Made by a program: the position numbers and the translations under genes. Source: Octopus vulgaris (Eukaryota). Taken from it: 64,000 bases of DNA. Of this stretch, positions 26,439 through 39,846 are shown in pieces. Numbering within the stretch: position 1 is the stretch's first letter; every line of letters starts with the position of its first letter. The notes under the pieces were generated by a model. The model ran no database searches, had not been told where the DNA came from, and saw only the letters and a program-made list of their open reading frames with translations. The stretch is from assembly GCA_951406725.2 (NCBI GenBank), contig OX597822.1:69936001-70000000 (forward strand), written 5' to 3'.

Positions 26439-29400
26439 ATAGCTTACAATTTTATTTATATATTTGCATGTCTATGTGTGTAAAGAGGAAGTGGGAATGC
26501 AGAGTGAAAGAGTCACTCACTACAAAAAGTGAATTACTTTCACTTTAATCGTTGCACACTTGCAAAGAGAAAGGGGGAGAAATTAGGGTGATAGTGGCAG
26601 TGAAACAGTTCGCTCCATTTGTGTGTGTGCGTGTGTGTGTGCTGTAGCCCACACTAAGAAAAGCACTTGACTAACACACCACAATGTGAGTTTTCTCTAA
26701 ATTTTGCTTAATTGAGGTTGAAATTTTAAAAACTGGACCTGGCACGACCCGATTTATTCTACTCTTAAAAATGCCAGGTAAATTGTAATTGAAGAAATCC
26801 TATATTGTAGATTTCTATAAGAGACAAAGGGAGGCAGATAAAATCTGCCTTTTATAATAAGAGATGCATAAAGCAGAAGTTGATTTTGTTACAGTTTCAT
26901 ATTAAAACACGTCAGCAGAAAATGATAACTCCCAAATCCTGTTTTCTGACTGGATGAAAATGATCAAATATAACTTTTTCATGCTTTTGATATTCATGCT
27001 GTCGAACAGTGGTTCCTCCTGGTGGTGGTTGTGGTGGAAAGATCCAAGGGCAGGGCAGCACTGAAGAAAAGTGGGGATAATTATAAGGTTGCCAAAAGGG
27101 GGCAATGAGTGTAAAAACAACAATATAATGGGTTTATTAGGTTAACTTTTATTTGTGAAATACAGCTGCTTTGAATTTGCTGCAGAAAGGTGGTCTATGT
27201 TTGTGGTGGTGAGCAGGGTGGTGGTGCTAGGAATGAGGTCTGGGTGACAAGGGGGTGGCAGCCCCAAAACGTTTGTGAATGACTGCTGTAGAACATTGGC
27301 AAAGCTTTTCCATTCTGCTTCTCTTTTCACTATGTAAAACTGTCATCTAGCTTTTCTTGTTACTACCAAGTATATTTCTCTCCTACTCCCATTCTTCCAA
27401 TCCATCCAGCTCTATCTTTTTACTTTTATAGCTCTGTCTACAGCACTGTTCTACCACCATGTCATCCCCAGTTTTTCCATGACTCTGCACTGGCCACGAA
27501 TTTGGTCCATAGCTTTCAGTAGGTTGTCCCAGAGGACAAGAAAAGATTACTCATTATATTCTAGTATCTACAAGGCTGTGTAGATATTAGAACATTTATA
27601 GATAGAAGGTCTTACAGCTATTTTCAGGATATTTATTAATTATATCCTTTCATTAGAGACAGTGTGAGAGGATGGTTAAGTAATAATTAATTTAGATAGG
27701 ATACAAAATAGAGAGTGAGGTGGAGGAAAGAAAATAGATGTGAGATATGTAGGGATATTGAATTTGTAGATCCATTTTTTAGGCAGAATGGTATATATGT
27801 AAGATTCCAATACCTTATGAGAAAAATCCAACAGTATTTAAAATTAACAACTGGCTTCTTATCTCATTACGCAAAAAATTCTCATATATATATATATATA
27901 TATTCAAATAAGAAAATGGAGGAACAGATTCATTCCAATCATCGACTTACAGATATTACCAATTCATATTATTTATTTATTAACTACATAAATAGGAACA
28001 TCCAAATCAAACAAAACAATATACATCACTATGTATGATAATAATACCATAAGAATAATATACATAAAATGGATCTTACAGCTATTTCAGCCTGTAGATA
28101 AAGGTATTTCATTTAATCAAAATTCTGTCTGTCCATCTGGACTCCTGTATCTCAACCTACATTTGCTCTACATAGACATATTATACCTTTTTGGAATCAG
28201 GATGATCCCAGGAATGAAAATTATGCCCTTCATTTGGTTCTTGAACATCCAGCAGTGAGATCTGATTTAAAAGCATTTGGGTTGCTATTTCTAGCTGATT
28301 CACGCCATTTTGGTGGCTTTTGTCAGATGATCAAGGGAGAGATAAATAACGTTTGCTTTGTTAATTTTACATTGAGGTAAGAACTTTGAGACAAATTGGC
28401 CAATAGTTGAAATTCAACTTGGGACTGGAACAATAGAATAATTGCATTACAGAATTAATTCTCATCCATCCTTAACCTCTGATCAAACACCACGGGGGCA
28501 TATAGTCATTATAGATGTATTATTGTCATGCTATTTAGCTCTGTTTAGTTTTGGGCTGCTAACTTAAAAGTCTGCACAGAGTGCATGGATCGTTGATGAT
28601 TTTTTTCCCTTCATCTTCCTTTTCTCTTAGACTTTCCTCCATCTCCTGTTTCTAACAAAGAGCTTTGTTCAAAACATTTCTTTCCTTCCCTGATCATCTG
28701 CTAATACTTTGCATGTACCACATCCTTGTGTTGTTCTTTTTGTTGTGGTTGTTCTTTGCTTTTTTTTTCTTGGATTTACTATATATATATATATTATTTC
28801 GTTTTGGGATTTGGTTTGCAACAACAGTATATATATATATTAGTTATTGCAGTTTACTATTAATACCGATACAATGTACATTGGTTTAAATGTCTCTTGT
28901 TGTAGTTTTAGTAAAGTTAGTGTTTAATGCTGCCTATATATTGATTGAAATAATGTGGTTATTAAACTTTTACTTTTATATAACACCATGGAAGATGGTA
29001 GGGATTATAATTTTTGTATGACTTAATAGAGTTGTCACTGTTTAATAACATATTTAGGAGTGGTTGTAATTTACTTATTGAATACGGTTGTACATTGGGT
29101 AAATGTTTTTGAAAGTTGTGGTTCCTTTAGTTTGTTTGTTCCTAAACAACACTTATTTTAGTGCTGTTGACACCACTGGATTGAATGGTACTGCCCAAGT
29201 GTTGAAACCATAATGATATCTGTGGGGCAGCTGATGATGGAGGTATGTTGGATTGTTGGTATGGTAGTGGAATAGTATTATAACACATCTTTTGATATGT
29301 ATATATATATCATCACCATCGTCATCATTTAGCATCCGTTTTTCCATGCTTGCATGGGTTGGACAGTTCAACCCGGGTCCGGGAGGCCAGGCGGCTGCAC

Positions 29401-32400
29401 CAAGCTCCAGTCTGATCTGGCAGTGTTTCTACAGCTGGATGCCCTTCCTAATGCCAACCACTCCATGAGTGTAGTGGGTGCTTTTTGCGTGCCACTGGCA
29501 CAAGGGTCAGAGGAGGGTGGTAACCGCCACGGTTGGGTGGTGCTTTTTACATGCCACCAGCACGGATGCCAGTCAAGGCAGCGCTGTCATTGGCCACCTT
29601 CGGATGGTGCTTTTTACGTGCCACCGGCATGGGTATCACAACTACAATTTCCATTTGACTTTTATTTTGATGCTGATGAAATATATATATATAATCATTA
29701 CCATTTAAATGTCCATTTTTCCAAGCTTTCATAGTTCAGATGGAGTTTGTTGAAACAGATTTTCTACAAATGGATGCCCTTCCTGTCGCCAACCCTCATT
29801 TGTATATAAGCAAGGTAATATTTCCCTCTGGTCAGACTGGTTCTTGCAAAATATTGTAAATGAATGGCACTGCTTGTATAACAATGACAATCATTTTCAA
29901 CAACCACACGACAAAACAAGGAGAAAAAAAATGCAAGAACATATATATGCATACAACAGGCTTCTACCAAACTCGTTCGGAAGGCTATGGTTGGACCGTG
30001 TCTATAGCAGAAGACACTTGCCCAAGGTACCATGCAGTGAGACTGAAACAAGAAGCATGTGGCTGGAAAGTAAACCAAACGTGTATGTTTTTGCACGCAT
30101 ACACGTGGAACTGCTTATTGGGACATGTTTGGTGAACAGTATTTTTTAATAGAAATAACCGGCTGATTACATAAAGATGGGGTAACAGTAAGCTGTACGT
30201 GTTTGGGACCCACTGATTTTGATAACAATATGCATAAAACATTAAACACAATCATAATATACGGCTTTCACGTTTAATTTTTAAAATATTTATTTTATAC
30301 ATGTTTTTTTTTTTTACAAGAATGCAAATTTTTCTCTGAATTCTGCGATAGTAAAATACGAAACTAAGCACGGGAAATACAAGTTAACGCGCATGTAACT
30401 CAGCTACTTCCTTTCTTAGATTAACTCGTATACATTGTGGTGAGTAAAATTTTAGTACCTCGTGTTTATCCGTTAACATCAGTATTTTTATAGTTTCTTT
30501 AATCTTAAAAACATGTTAATTTGATTGTACTAACATTCATAAATATTTTTGAGGTAGGATTTTTTTCATGATTACTTTTGTGGCTATATATCTAAACTTT
30601 TTATATTACACGAGTGCAGATGATCATTCGTTCATCAGCCGTCATGGCGCATATTCCATACCGTTAAAAAATACATATAACACTTTTCCTTTTTTATGTG
30701 TTAAATAGATTTAAGATCGCCTTGATTTTGTAATCTCACTGGCTTAATTTTATATATTTCATATATATGTGCATTACTTCTGTCTATAAATGCTATTCTG
30801 GTTACTTTTAAATGTAGTTTGCATTCGCTTAATACTAAGAAGATACCTATTACAGAGTTAAACTAAATAATTATTTCTTCCTTTTTACCTGGCTTTAAAT
30901 GGCTGATGTTATCTTGTAATTTTTCAAAAATACTCCCGATTGAATTAAAAACGTGACTGCTTGTATGCGAAGAGTTGCTAGAAATAGTAGCGAAGTCTCG
31001 CTCAAATCACTCAACCGTCTGGAATATGGAAGAATACATTTAGATAATGAAGTCTTAGATGGACAAAGCCAAGAAATAGTACGGGATAGTTGTGACCTGA
31101 ACTCTCGTACAAAATATATCTCACATTTGCAGGAATACAGGTTCTCAATGCGACCCTACTTGGCCATTTCAGTGTCTCGTGCAGCGTTCCCCCCTTTTTT
31201 TTTTTCCTTTCTTTATAAGACTGTTTCGACCCCTGAAAAACAAAATGACATCCATTTCCAAGGAAATATTAGAAAATATACAAGCGGAAATATATTCAAT
31301 TCTTATCGAATTGAATTTTATATACGTTTTTTTCATTTCCTTCGTTGAATGGTTTGTATATGCTACTATTTCTAGCATATTGAAAGACCATACTGGGGAC
31401 AAAATTATGACTCGGTTATCTTTTACTACTAGCCATCAGTTGCTATCCTTCACTTTAGGTATCTACTTATCAGGACTTCCCCCAGGTGAAGAAAATTTCA
31501 ATTAGTTAAAAAAATGATAACCCCCAACAGCTCCTTATCGTTTTAATTAGAAAAGGTACTGCATCAAACTTGCTCTGATAGGGGGGAATCGGCATTCTTT
31601 CGATTTCTACTGTTATACCCTTAAACAATTGAAATTGTCCTTTTATAGATACTTAGAAAATTCCTGTTTAGTTTCTCACACATCCACTTGTGTGAGCTTC
31701 AATTTAAGTCGTATGAGAGGAGAGACCGGTTGAATCGAGAAAAAAATGTGATTTACAGTGTTTTAAAATGTGGAGTTATAAAATGATGAAAACATACCGA
31801 CAGTCCACCCACTACAAAATTTCGTTTTCTTCGCTTTCCGTACATATTCCGTTGAGGGTTTCCTACAATAATGATTATTATTACTCTTTTACTTGTTTCA
31901 GTCATTTGACTGCGGCCATGCTGGAGCACCGCCTTTAATTGAGCAACTTGACCCCAGGACTTTTGTAAGCCCAGTACTTATTCTATCGGTCTCTTTTGCC
32001 GAACCGCTAAGTAACGGGGACATAAACACACCAGCATCTGTTGTCAAGCAATGCTAGGGGGACAAACACGCGCACATATGTATATATATACATATATACG
32101 ACGGGCTTCTTTTCAGTTTCCGTCTACCAAATCCACTCACAAGGCTTTGGTCGGCCCGAGGCTATAGCAGAAGACACTTGCCCAGTTAGTCTATGTGTAT
32201 TATTTTGTCAACAGTTAAATGAAATTGTTACATTCACACGACTATCCCCATTCCACCAAATATTTTCACTAAACGAGAGAAATAAATGTTAGCTACGTGT
32301 CGTGCACCGTAGGCGAGACCATGCAGACTTTTACTAGAAGTTCTGAGTAGCGTTCGGTTTTCGTAAAAAAAAAAAAGAAAAAAGGGTTCCGGTTAAACTT

Positions 32401-32650
32401 AGATAAATAACGTATAATCAAATAAAATATGTGCTTCATAACTTCCAAAAATGCTATTACTACATAGAACAAAATAAATGGACCCAAGAATGAAGGATAC
32501 CGGAAACGTCAGTTGTCATGTTCACAGAATTTACATGTATTGCGATATCGAAATTTCTTATATGTTTATTATGTCGGCTGTTCAGTGATTTTTTTTCTTC
32601 TTTCCTTGCTTTCACGTATCTTGGTTTTCTATATTTTTTTCAGACGCAAG

Positions 32651-35600
32651 ATGGGACGAGTTATTAGGTCCCAACGTAAGGGAGCTGGAAGCGTCTTCCG
32701 TGCCCACACCAAACACAGGAAAGGTGCAGCTAAACTTCGTGCTATTGATTTTGCTGAACGTCATGGTTTTATCAAAGGTGTGGTCCGGGTAAGTTATCCA
32801 GTATTTAATTTGAGAGAATCCGACAAGAATTCATTAACTTTTTTTTAAATGGGATGATTTTAGAATGTTTTTGATTTTTGTAACGACCGGCTTGCTATTA
32901 TTCTAATAAGCGGCATGCGCTATATTTGTAAGTTTCTATTCAGTTTTATCTCATTCATTTTGATACTGTATAGTAGTTACTAGTATTTATCTCAACAACT
33001 CTTTAGAATTAAGATTTCAATAAGTCAAAAATGGTTGAATGTCTACAGCAAACCATTTATGAAAATCGAATGACATAAAATAATCAGTACTACCGAAAAG
33101 GTGTGCGGTCCATGTCCTTTACTTCCGCCCAGGTCTCGATGCATCTACGTAACGGTGTTTTTACAATGCACACCGGTTAGGGTATTTAAGTAGTACCAAA
33201 ATTAAACATTTTTCCCCCCATTATTATTAATGAGGGAGTTAATGAGTTTCAGTTTCCACAACTTCTAAAGATCGACATGAATTTTAGTAAGCCCCATAAT
33301 TTCTGCAATATAAATTTTCGGATACCAATACCTACCCATGTTGATATTGTGCTTCTTTCTCATAGCTACTGCAGTTAGTAAGATGCAGTTTATGCTTAAA
33401 TGAGGAGCTTTAACAAGACTCAAGCGTATGCTGAATTGTCTCCCGTATTTTGCTTGTTAGTGGTTAGAATTTGTCACGTACGTGCTCCTTTCGAAGAGAC
33501 AAGCACTTCGCCTCCTTAAAGTGTTTCAGTCTCATGTTCAAGGACTCAGAAATTATGTAATGATATTAGCATGGTGTCATATTTCGGATTACCTTTCTTT
33601 TCTGAGAACTAACTACATCTAATATCATGTTATGTTTTCTGAATCATCTGTCAAATCACAATCTTTATTAAATCTACAATGTTATTCCAAATTCATGGGA
33701 CTGACTTTATAGTTTGCTTGGTATAAGTGTGTGTGTCAAAACCATACAACTTCAATTATGTTCCTCGTTACATGAGATGCCATAGTAACTTTTTTTAACA
33801 AAGTTACTCCTATTATTAAAAATGCTTTATTAATATACAATATTATCATCAACAACTTTATAATTTGTTCTTTTTTTTTTTTTACTTTCTATAAAATAGG
33901 TGAGCAATGCAGTGATAATGCATGTGCTTTTTTTAATCCCTAAACTTTTCATCAATTTGTAAGGCTTATTTTAAGATACTTTCAGGTGTTACTTTTAATA
34001 AATCAACATTTTTGCCAAAGAAATAGCTGGACAATGTAACTCGGTTGCTTACTTAGTGAAATCCTTTGTTTTCACAAATGTACTTAGATTTTCTCTGAAA
34101 TTCTCATTTAAACATGAATGGGGTGTTTTGGGCAGTTGGTAATATGAGGCAAATGAAAGGGTTAAGAAAAAGTGATTGAATTGAAAATATTGCTGGTCAG
34201 GTGTTGAGGTTGATAGATTTTTGGCAATCACTACTGGTTTTGTTTTCAGATTTCAAAACATGTTTCAATGTTTATTAAATTTCCTTGTTTTTTTTTTATT
34301 TTGGTAAATTCAGGACATCCTCCATGACCCTGGCCGCGGGGCTCCCCTAGCTCGTGTCAGCTTCAGAGATCCTTACCGTTACAAACGAAAGACTGAAACC
34401 TTCGTCTGTGCAGAAGGATTATATACTGGACAATTCATTTACTGTGGCAAAAAAGGTGAGTTTGTTTTTGGAATTTTTAAAGATTATTCTTTTGCTTGTT
34501 TTGGTCATTTGACTGTGGCCATGCTGGAGCACCACCTTTAGTCGAGCAAGTCGATCCCAGGACTTATTCTTTGTAAGCCTAGTACTTATTCTATCGGGCC
34601 CTTTTGCTGAACCGCTTAGTTACTTGGTTGTCAAACGATGTTGGGGACGGACACACATACAATATATACAACGGGCTTCTTTCAGTTTCCATCTACCAAA
34701 TCCACCCACAAGGCTTTGGTCTGCCCGAGGCTATAGTGAGGACAAGGTGCCACGCAGTGGGACTGAACCTGGAACCATGTGGTTCGTAAGCAAGCTACTT
34801 ACCACATGGCCACTCCTACGCTTATTATTTTAACCATTTCATATTAAATTCTGCCATGTTCAGTGTATGTAAAAAAATATTTGGAACTTGACAGTGTGGA
34901 CTAGAAATATAATTTAAATATTAATTAAAAAGAATGTACAGGTTATAGGTTGATTGAGCACTTATGTCATAATAACTAATTGTGGCTTGGTTGTGAGTTC
35001 AAATCCTATTACTTCTAAGATAGTATTCACTTTTGTTCAGAGGTTCACATTCTTGATTGCAAATCTGTCCATGTTGGACAGGTTGTAGAAATATTGGTTC
35101 CTTAATTCCAGGGCAAACATGGGAGCAGAATTAGTGGAAGGCAACTATAAATATTACAATAAATATTATTTTGTACATGTATTCTTGCAATTTAATATAG
35201 CAAATGAAAATACTCTAATACTTATTTTGTGTGAATCTGAACTTCCATTGCAGCTTTGGAATTCTGTAATAGAGCAAAATAATGTCTAGATCTTTGCATA
35301 TACCCCCCCAAATGTGTGAGTGAACTCACGAAAATGATCTGGTTTGGTTAGTTACACCTTGTCATGTGCAAATTCAAGTGCTTATTTAGGCCTTTCAAAT
35401 CGTCCTTTACAAACCAGAAGAGGTTTTCCATTAGTATTCAGTTTCATTTACATATTTGTCTGTAAAATGCCTTATCTATTTATCTCTATCTACATACACA
35501 CACACATAATTACCTTAGTTCTTAATATATTTTGTTGCATCTGGTCCTTTATCTAGTCAGGAGCCATACCATTTTAAGCATTGCATTAAAGCTATGAAAA

Positions 35601-38600
35601 AGTTGTGTCTGAGCTGTCAGTGGGGTAGCTTCTTACATGTTTGACTTAATTTCTCTTTGGTCACAGTTTTCACTGTAGTTGTCTCTAGCAATGTAGTTGA
35701 TTTTTCTCTCCCACATGAAATTCAATATAAATCTCATTGCATAGCACCTTGGACAAGTGTCTTCTACTATACCCCAGATGCAACCAATACCTTGATGGTG
35801 AATTTGGTAATTGGAAATTCAGAACCTGTGTGTGTTTGTCTTTTATTTCTCTTTTGGCATTTGACAACTGGTGCTGGTTTGTTTACATTCCCAAGAACAT
35901 GGCAATTTGTCTGCACCTCAGTTTTCATTCCTTACTGCTCCTTCACTAATGTGAAACACAAGCTTAAAAACGGCAAAATTACAGACAATATCTTAAAATT
36001 AGTAGTCATACTTTGCAATTTTTTAAACACGAAACTCCATAGCCTGGGGTGGTTGTAATGCAGGGATGCTTGCACTTAGTTAATCAGCTCTCCCTTGTAC
36101 CAATATTGGAAATCCATATTATTTTTTAAGCTGCTGCAGAGCATACTTGCTACAGATTATTGTTTTTATCAGTCAGAATGTATCCTTAAATGTATAAAAA
36201 TGTTTTTGTTCAAAGTTTTATGGTTTTTTTTTTTTTTGGTTTTTTTCTCAAGCTACTCTACAGGTTGGAAACATTCTTCCTCTTGGTGCTATGCCAGAGG
36301 GTACCATTATCTGTAGTGTGGAAGAGAAGACGGGTGACCGTGGAAAGCTAGCTAGAGCTTCAGGCAATTATGCTACAGTTATTTCACACAATTTGGAAAC
36401 CAGGAAAACTCGCATCAAGTTACCATCAGGCTCAAAGAAAGTTGTTCCTTCAACCAATCGTGCTATGATAGGTGAGTAGACATTGACAAATGTAGTTTGT
36501 GCAGTTGGGCATGTTGCTTTTCACAAGAAAAATGTCAACATTTGCTGTTCATAAGTTCTTCATTAAATTAATTGGAACAATGGCAGTGAACTTAATAGAA
36601 TTACAATTAAATAATAATAATAATGAAATTGTGTTTAGTGCTCAGGTGCACTACAATTCATCAAAGGTGCATGTTCAGTACATGGAATTATGTATGAAAG
36701 TCGGGGAAAGTGAACAGTGTATGAGTCATGATATACATGTGTGGAGGGGGGATATCAGGTGTAGTGTTGGTGAATTTCAGGAAGCATGGAAGTTTTAAAA
36801 GATGCAATGCCTTGGCAACAAGGTGCTCAAGGTGGTTGTTGGCATGATGGTTAATAATTTGTGGGTGTTTACCAAGTCAGTTGCCAGACATCAGAGCTTC
36901 AATGTATCAATGTAACTAAATAGTTTGAGTTCATAATAGTTAGCTATGCTTTTTATTTTATTTTTTGTCTTACACATGATTGTTGTGATATTTGTAGGTA
37001 TTGTTGCTGGTGGTGGACGTATAGATAAACCACTTCTGAAAGCTGGTCGTGCATATTATAAATACAAAGCTAAGAAAAACTGTTGGCCAAAAGTCCGAGG
37101 TGTTGCTATGAATGTAAGTTGCCAAACATATAATTCATCAATACTGAGTTACAGATTTCGTTGTTTGATCTATTTTTGTATTATTGATCACTTATTAATT
37201 TATATTTTCCCTTCTTTCTTTAGCCTGTTGAGCATCCTCACGGAGGTGGTAACCATCAGCATATTGGTAAAGCTTCAACAGTCCGGAGAGATACATCAGC
37301 TGGACGAAAGGTACTTCTGAATATTTTATTTATTTTTTTTTTAGTCTCCTCTTGGAGTCGTCACTGGCCTCCATTGAAGGGAATATTATTGATGCAGATG
37401 AGGCCATCCGTTAGTCTGGTCACTTAGATTACTTAATGCTTTTGCATTCAGATTTCTGTCAAAAGATCTCACATTATTTTGTAGCTTCGAGGTTTCAACG
37501 GTGCCCTTTGTATTTTTTACAAATGGCATTATAGGGTAGGTGTGATAGGTTGGATCTGGTTCGTTTTAACATTTTTTTTTTTTTAATAGGTAGAAAATCT
37601 AGGCCAGATATGACCGGATTGAATGCTAAGGGGTTGAATATGTAATTTGGACTGATTGATGTCACCTGGCTGAGTAGAATTATTTGAAATTAATTTTTGG
37701 CGTCTTGTGCTATTTAAAAAAAAAAACATCCATTTTCCTAGCTGTCATGAGTCAGATGGTTTGACAGGAGCTGGTGTGCCAGAGAACTGCACTAAGTTGT
37801 AATGTTTGCTTTGACATGGTTTCTCTGGCTGAATGCTCTTCCTAATGCCAAAACATTTTATAGTGTATTGGGTGCTTTTTACATGGCACCAGCACTAGTG
37901 GGGTCATCAAGCAAGATCCCTTCAGCTGAGTTGGGAAAGTAGTATGCTTATTTTTAAGTGTTTATTCAACTTCATAATTTCTTTGTTTCCAAACATGCTG
38001 TGATGAGGAAAATATTTCTTCACTTTGACCTGAATCTTTGAGTGTTGATAGCTTCATTCCCTGAGTATGTTGACTGGAACCTAATTGGTGTTTTAATAAA
38101 TGCAGCGGATATTGTTTAGTGTCATTGAGAATTTAGTACATGATAAAGGGTTTTTCTCTCAAAGCAAGTCTCATTCCAGTAAGACTTCGATGTGCATAAA
38201 ACAGATGTACCATAAAGGAATAGAATGAAATACTAGGATAAAATAAATCTGCATGTTTTATTTTTCCTCCCCATTTCCATTTTATGGAGATGGCTGGATT
38301 TAGAGGGATGTTTCTTTTGTAAGATTTTGTCTTTCTTCCAACAGTTTTTTTTTTTTGATGACTAGTCTGTCTAACATCAGTTGCAGTGCTACATCTCTGA
38401 AACCCTTGGCACTGGACTTCTTTCACAATTACAAACTCCCTTACTCTTCTGTCTGTCGGTTACAATCACAGGTGTTCCAGTCGATCTGATCAATGGAACA
38501 GCCTGCTTGGGAAATTAATGTGCAAGTGGTTGAGCACTCCACAAACATGTGTATCCTTAATGCAGTTATCAGGGAGATGCAATGTGACAAGGCTGGCCTT

Positions 38601-39806
38601 TTGAATTACAGGTGCAACTCCTATATACTAGCTGAGTGAACAGGAGCAATGTGAAATAAAGTGCCTTGTTCAAAGATAGAACACAGCCAGGAATGGAACT
38701 CATGACCTTATGATCATGAGCTGAATACCATAGCCACTAAACCACGCACCTTTTAGAAATACAAGCACTAGTTGATGTAATCTTGAAGATGATGCAGTCA
38801 GTGATTAAAACCCAGAAAAGAATTTACATACTGTGATGAGTAACAAAATTCTTCACTTTGACCTGAACTTTTGGTGTAGATGTTTAATACTCTGAGTGTG
38901 TTGACTGGAATCTAATTTACTGCTTAAAAACTGCAGCAGATATTTAACACCTGGATTTTCCTTTGGTTTGGTGAATAGATTCATTCAGTTCTTATGATAT
39001 ATGTATAGTGAGGACAGTGGTAAACATAAGCAAATGACTGTGTCTACAGAATTGATTGACCTGCTAGGAAAAAGTTAAATCTCAAATTAACATCTTGGAA
39101 TAAAAGGACAAATGGGTAATTTAGTTTCGTGTATGTGCAAAACCTGAGTGGTTGGAAGTGGTGTTTAGTTACAGACTTGGATAAAGCAACATGTTTGTAA
39201 AGTTTTAGTATCATATCGGTATGTGGTTGCTATAATCCAGCATAAGGTATTGCTTGAATAAAATGTAGTGAGTCTTCTAGCCTGAAAGTAGGTTACTTAA
39301 ATATTTTTATTTCAAGAGATATCTTGTGATTGAGACTTCGAGGAGCTTGCTTTCTTAATATCTTCTCAGTAATTGCTTATGTTGAAGCTGACAGCAGTCC
39401 AAAATGTCTTGGTCCTAAGCATATTTCGCTATGAGGGCAGTGGATAATGTTTCACTGGCTTGAATTTTGTTGTTGATGATTTAAACTTATGAGTATATTG
39501 ATTGAAATAGGTTTAACCTTCGAACTTTGATAGAGTAATTTCTTTGTGGAATTTAGTTATTCAGTATTTTTTTCACTTATGTAATGGTCGATTGACCATG
39601 CGTGTATTGGAAGTAAGTGGGGTTGCTCCCTTCCAGTACATGCAATACATTCTTCTGTTCTTTTGAGACAATGATAATGAATTTTTCATTCTGATGTATT
39701 CTAAATGGATTCTTCTTTTCTTTTCCAGGTTGGTCTTATTGCTGCCCGTCGTACTGGTCGTCTCCGAGGTTCCAAACAATCAACTGGCAAGGTTGATAAA
39801 GAATAG
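32651..39806 (+). CDS. RPL8: 60S ribosomal protein L8 (uL2), 259 aa; exons 32651-32788, 34314-34455, 36253-36471, 36998-37113, 37224-37310, 39729-39806
   Basis: Spliced translation [16 protein letters not shown]...[13 protein letters not shown]...[28 protein letters not shown]...[15 protein letters not shown]...[25 protein letters not shown]...[14 protein letters not shown]...KE*. All introns are GT-AG and the exon lengths sum to 780 nt. Confidence 0.99.
37992..38071 (+). ncRNA. SNORD37: box C/D snoRNA, SNORD37 (U37)-like, copy 1
   Basis: C box GTGATGA at 38000, guide ATTTCTTCACTTTGAC plus D' CTGA at 38030, D box CTGA at 38061, terminal stem aacatgct/agtatgtt. The guide is complementary to the conserved 28S rRNA segment GUCAAAGUGAAGAAAU. 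Intronic in a ribosomal protein gene. Confidence 0.88.
38826..38901 (+). ncRNA. SNORD37: box C/D snoRNA, SNORD37 (U37)-like, copy 2
   Basis: C box GTGATGA at 38833, guide TTCTTCACTTTGAC plus D' CTGA at 38863, D box CTGA at 38892, terminal stem acatact/agtgtgt. Confidence 0.85.
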
Positions 39807-39840
39807 ATTGAGGCTTATTAAACTACTTGTACAGAAGCAA

Positions 39841-39846
39841 AATAAA
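39841..39846 (+). terminator. polyadenylation signal of RPL8
   Basis: AATAAA about 35 nt after the stop codon, followed by a GT/T-rich downstream element (39870-39890). Confidence 0.8.

Larger units (their letters stand above)
24808..26864 (-). mobile_element. non-autonomous Helitron with a Pif1-helicase fragment and an internal tandem array
   Basis: On the minus strand: A|TCTCTTATTATAAAAGG 5' end at 26864; 3' hairpin CCCGAGCAACGCCGGG followed by CTAG|T at 24808; A/T target site. May be two nested Helitrons. Confidence 0.8.

Noticed and set aside
30953-31505. 131-aa and 108-aa ORFs upstream of RPL8
   Set aside because: Non-ATG starts, no recognisable domain or splice structure.
33545-33606. 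Possible C/D snoRNA in RPL8 intron 1
   Set aside because: An 8-bp terminal inverted repeat and a CTGA are present, but there is no proper RTGATGA C box or recognisable guide.
35048-35160. Possible H/ACA snoRNA in RPL8 intron 2 (ctgtcca/tggacag hairpin, distal ACA)
   Set aside because: No convincing ANANNA H box or second hairpin by eye; would need snoReport or cmscan.
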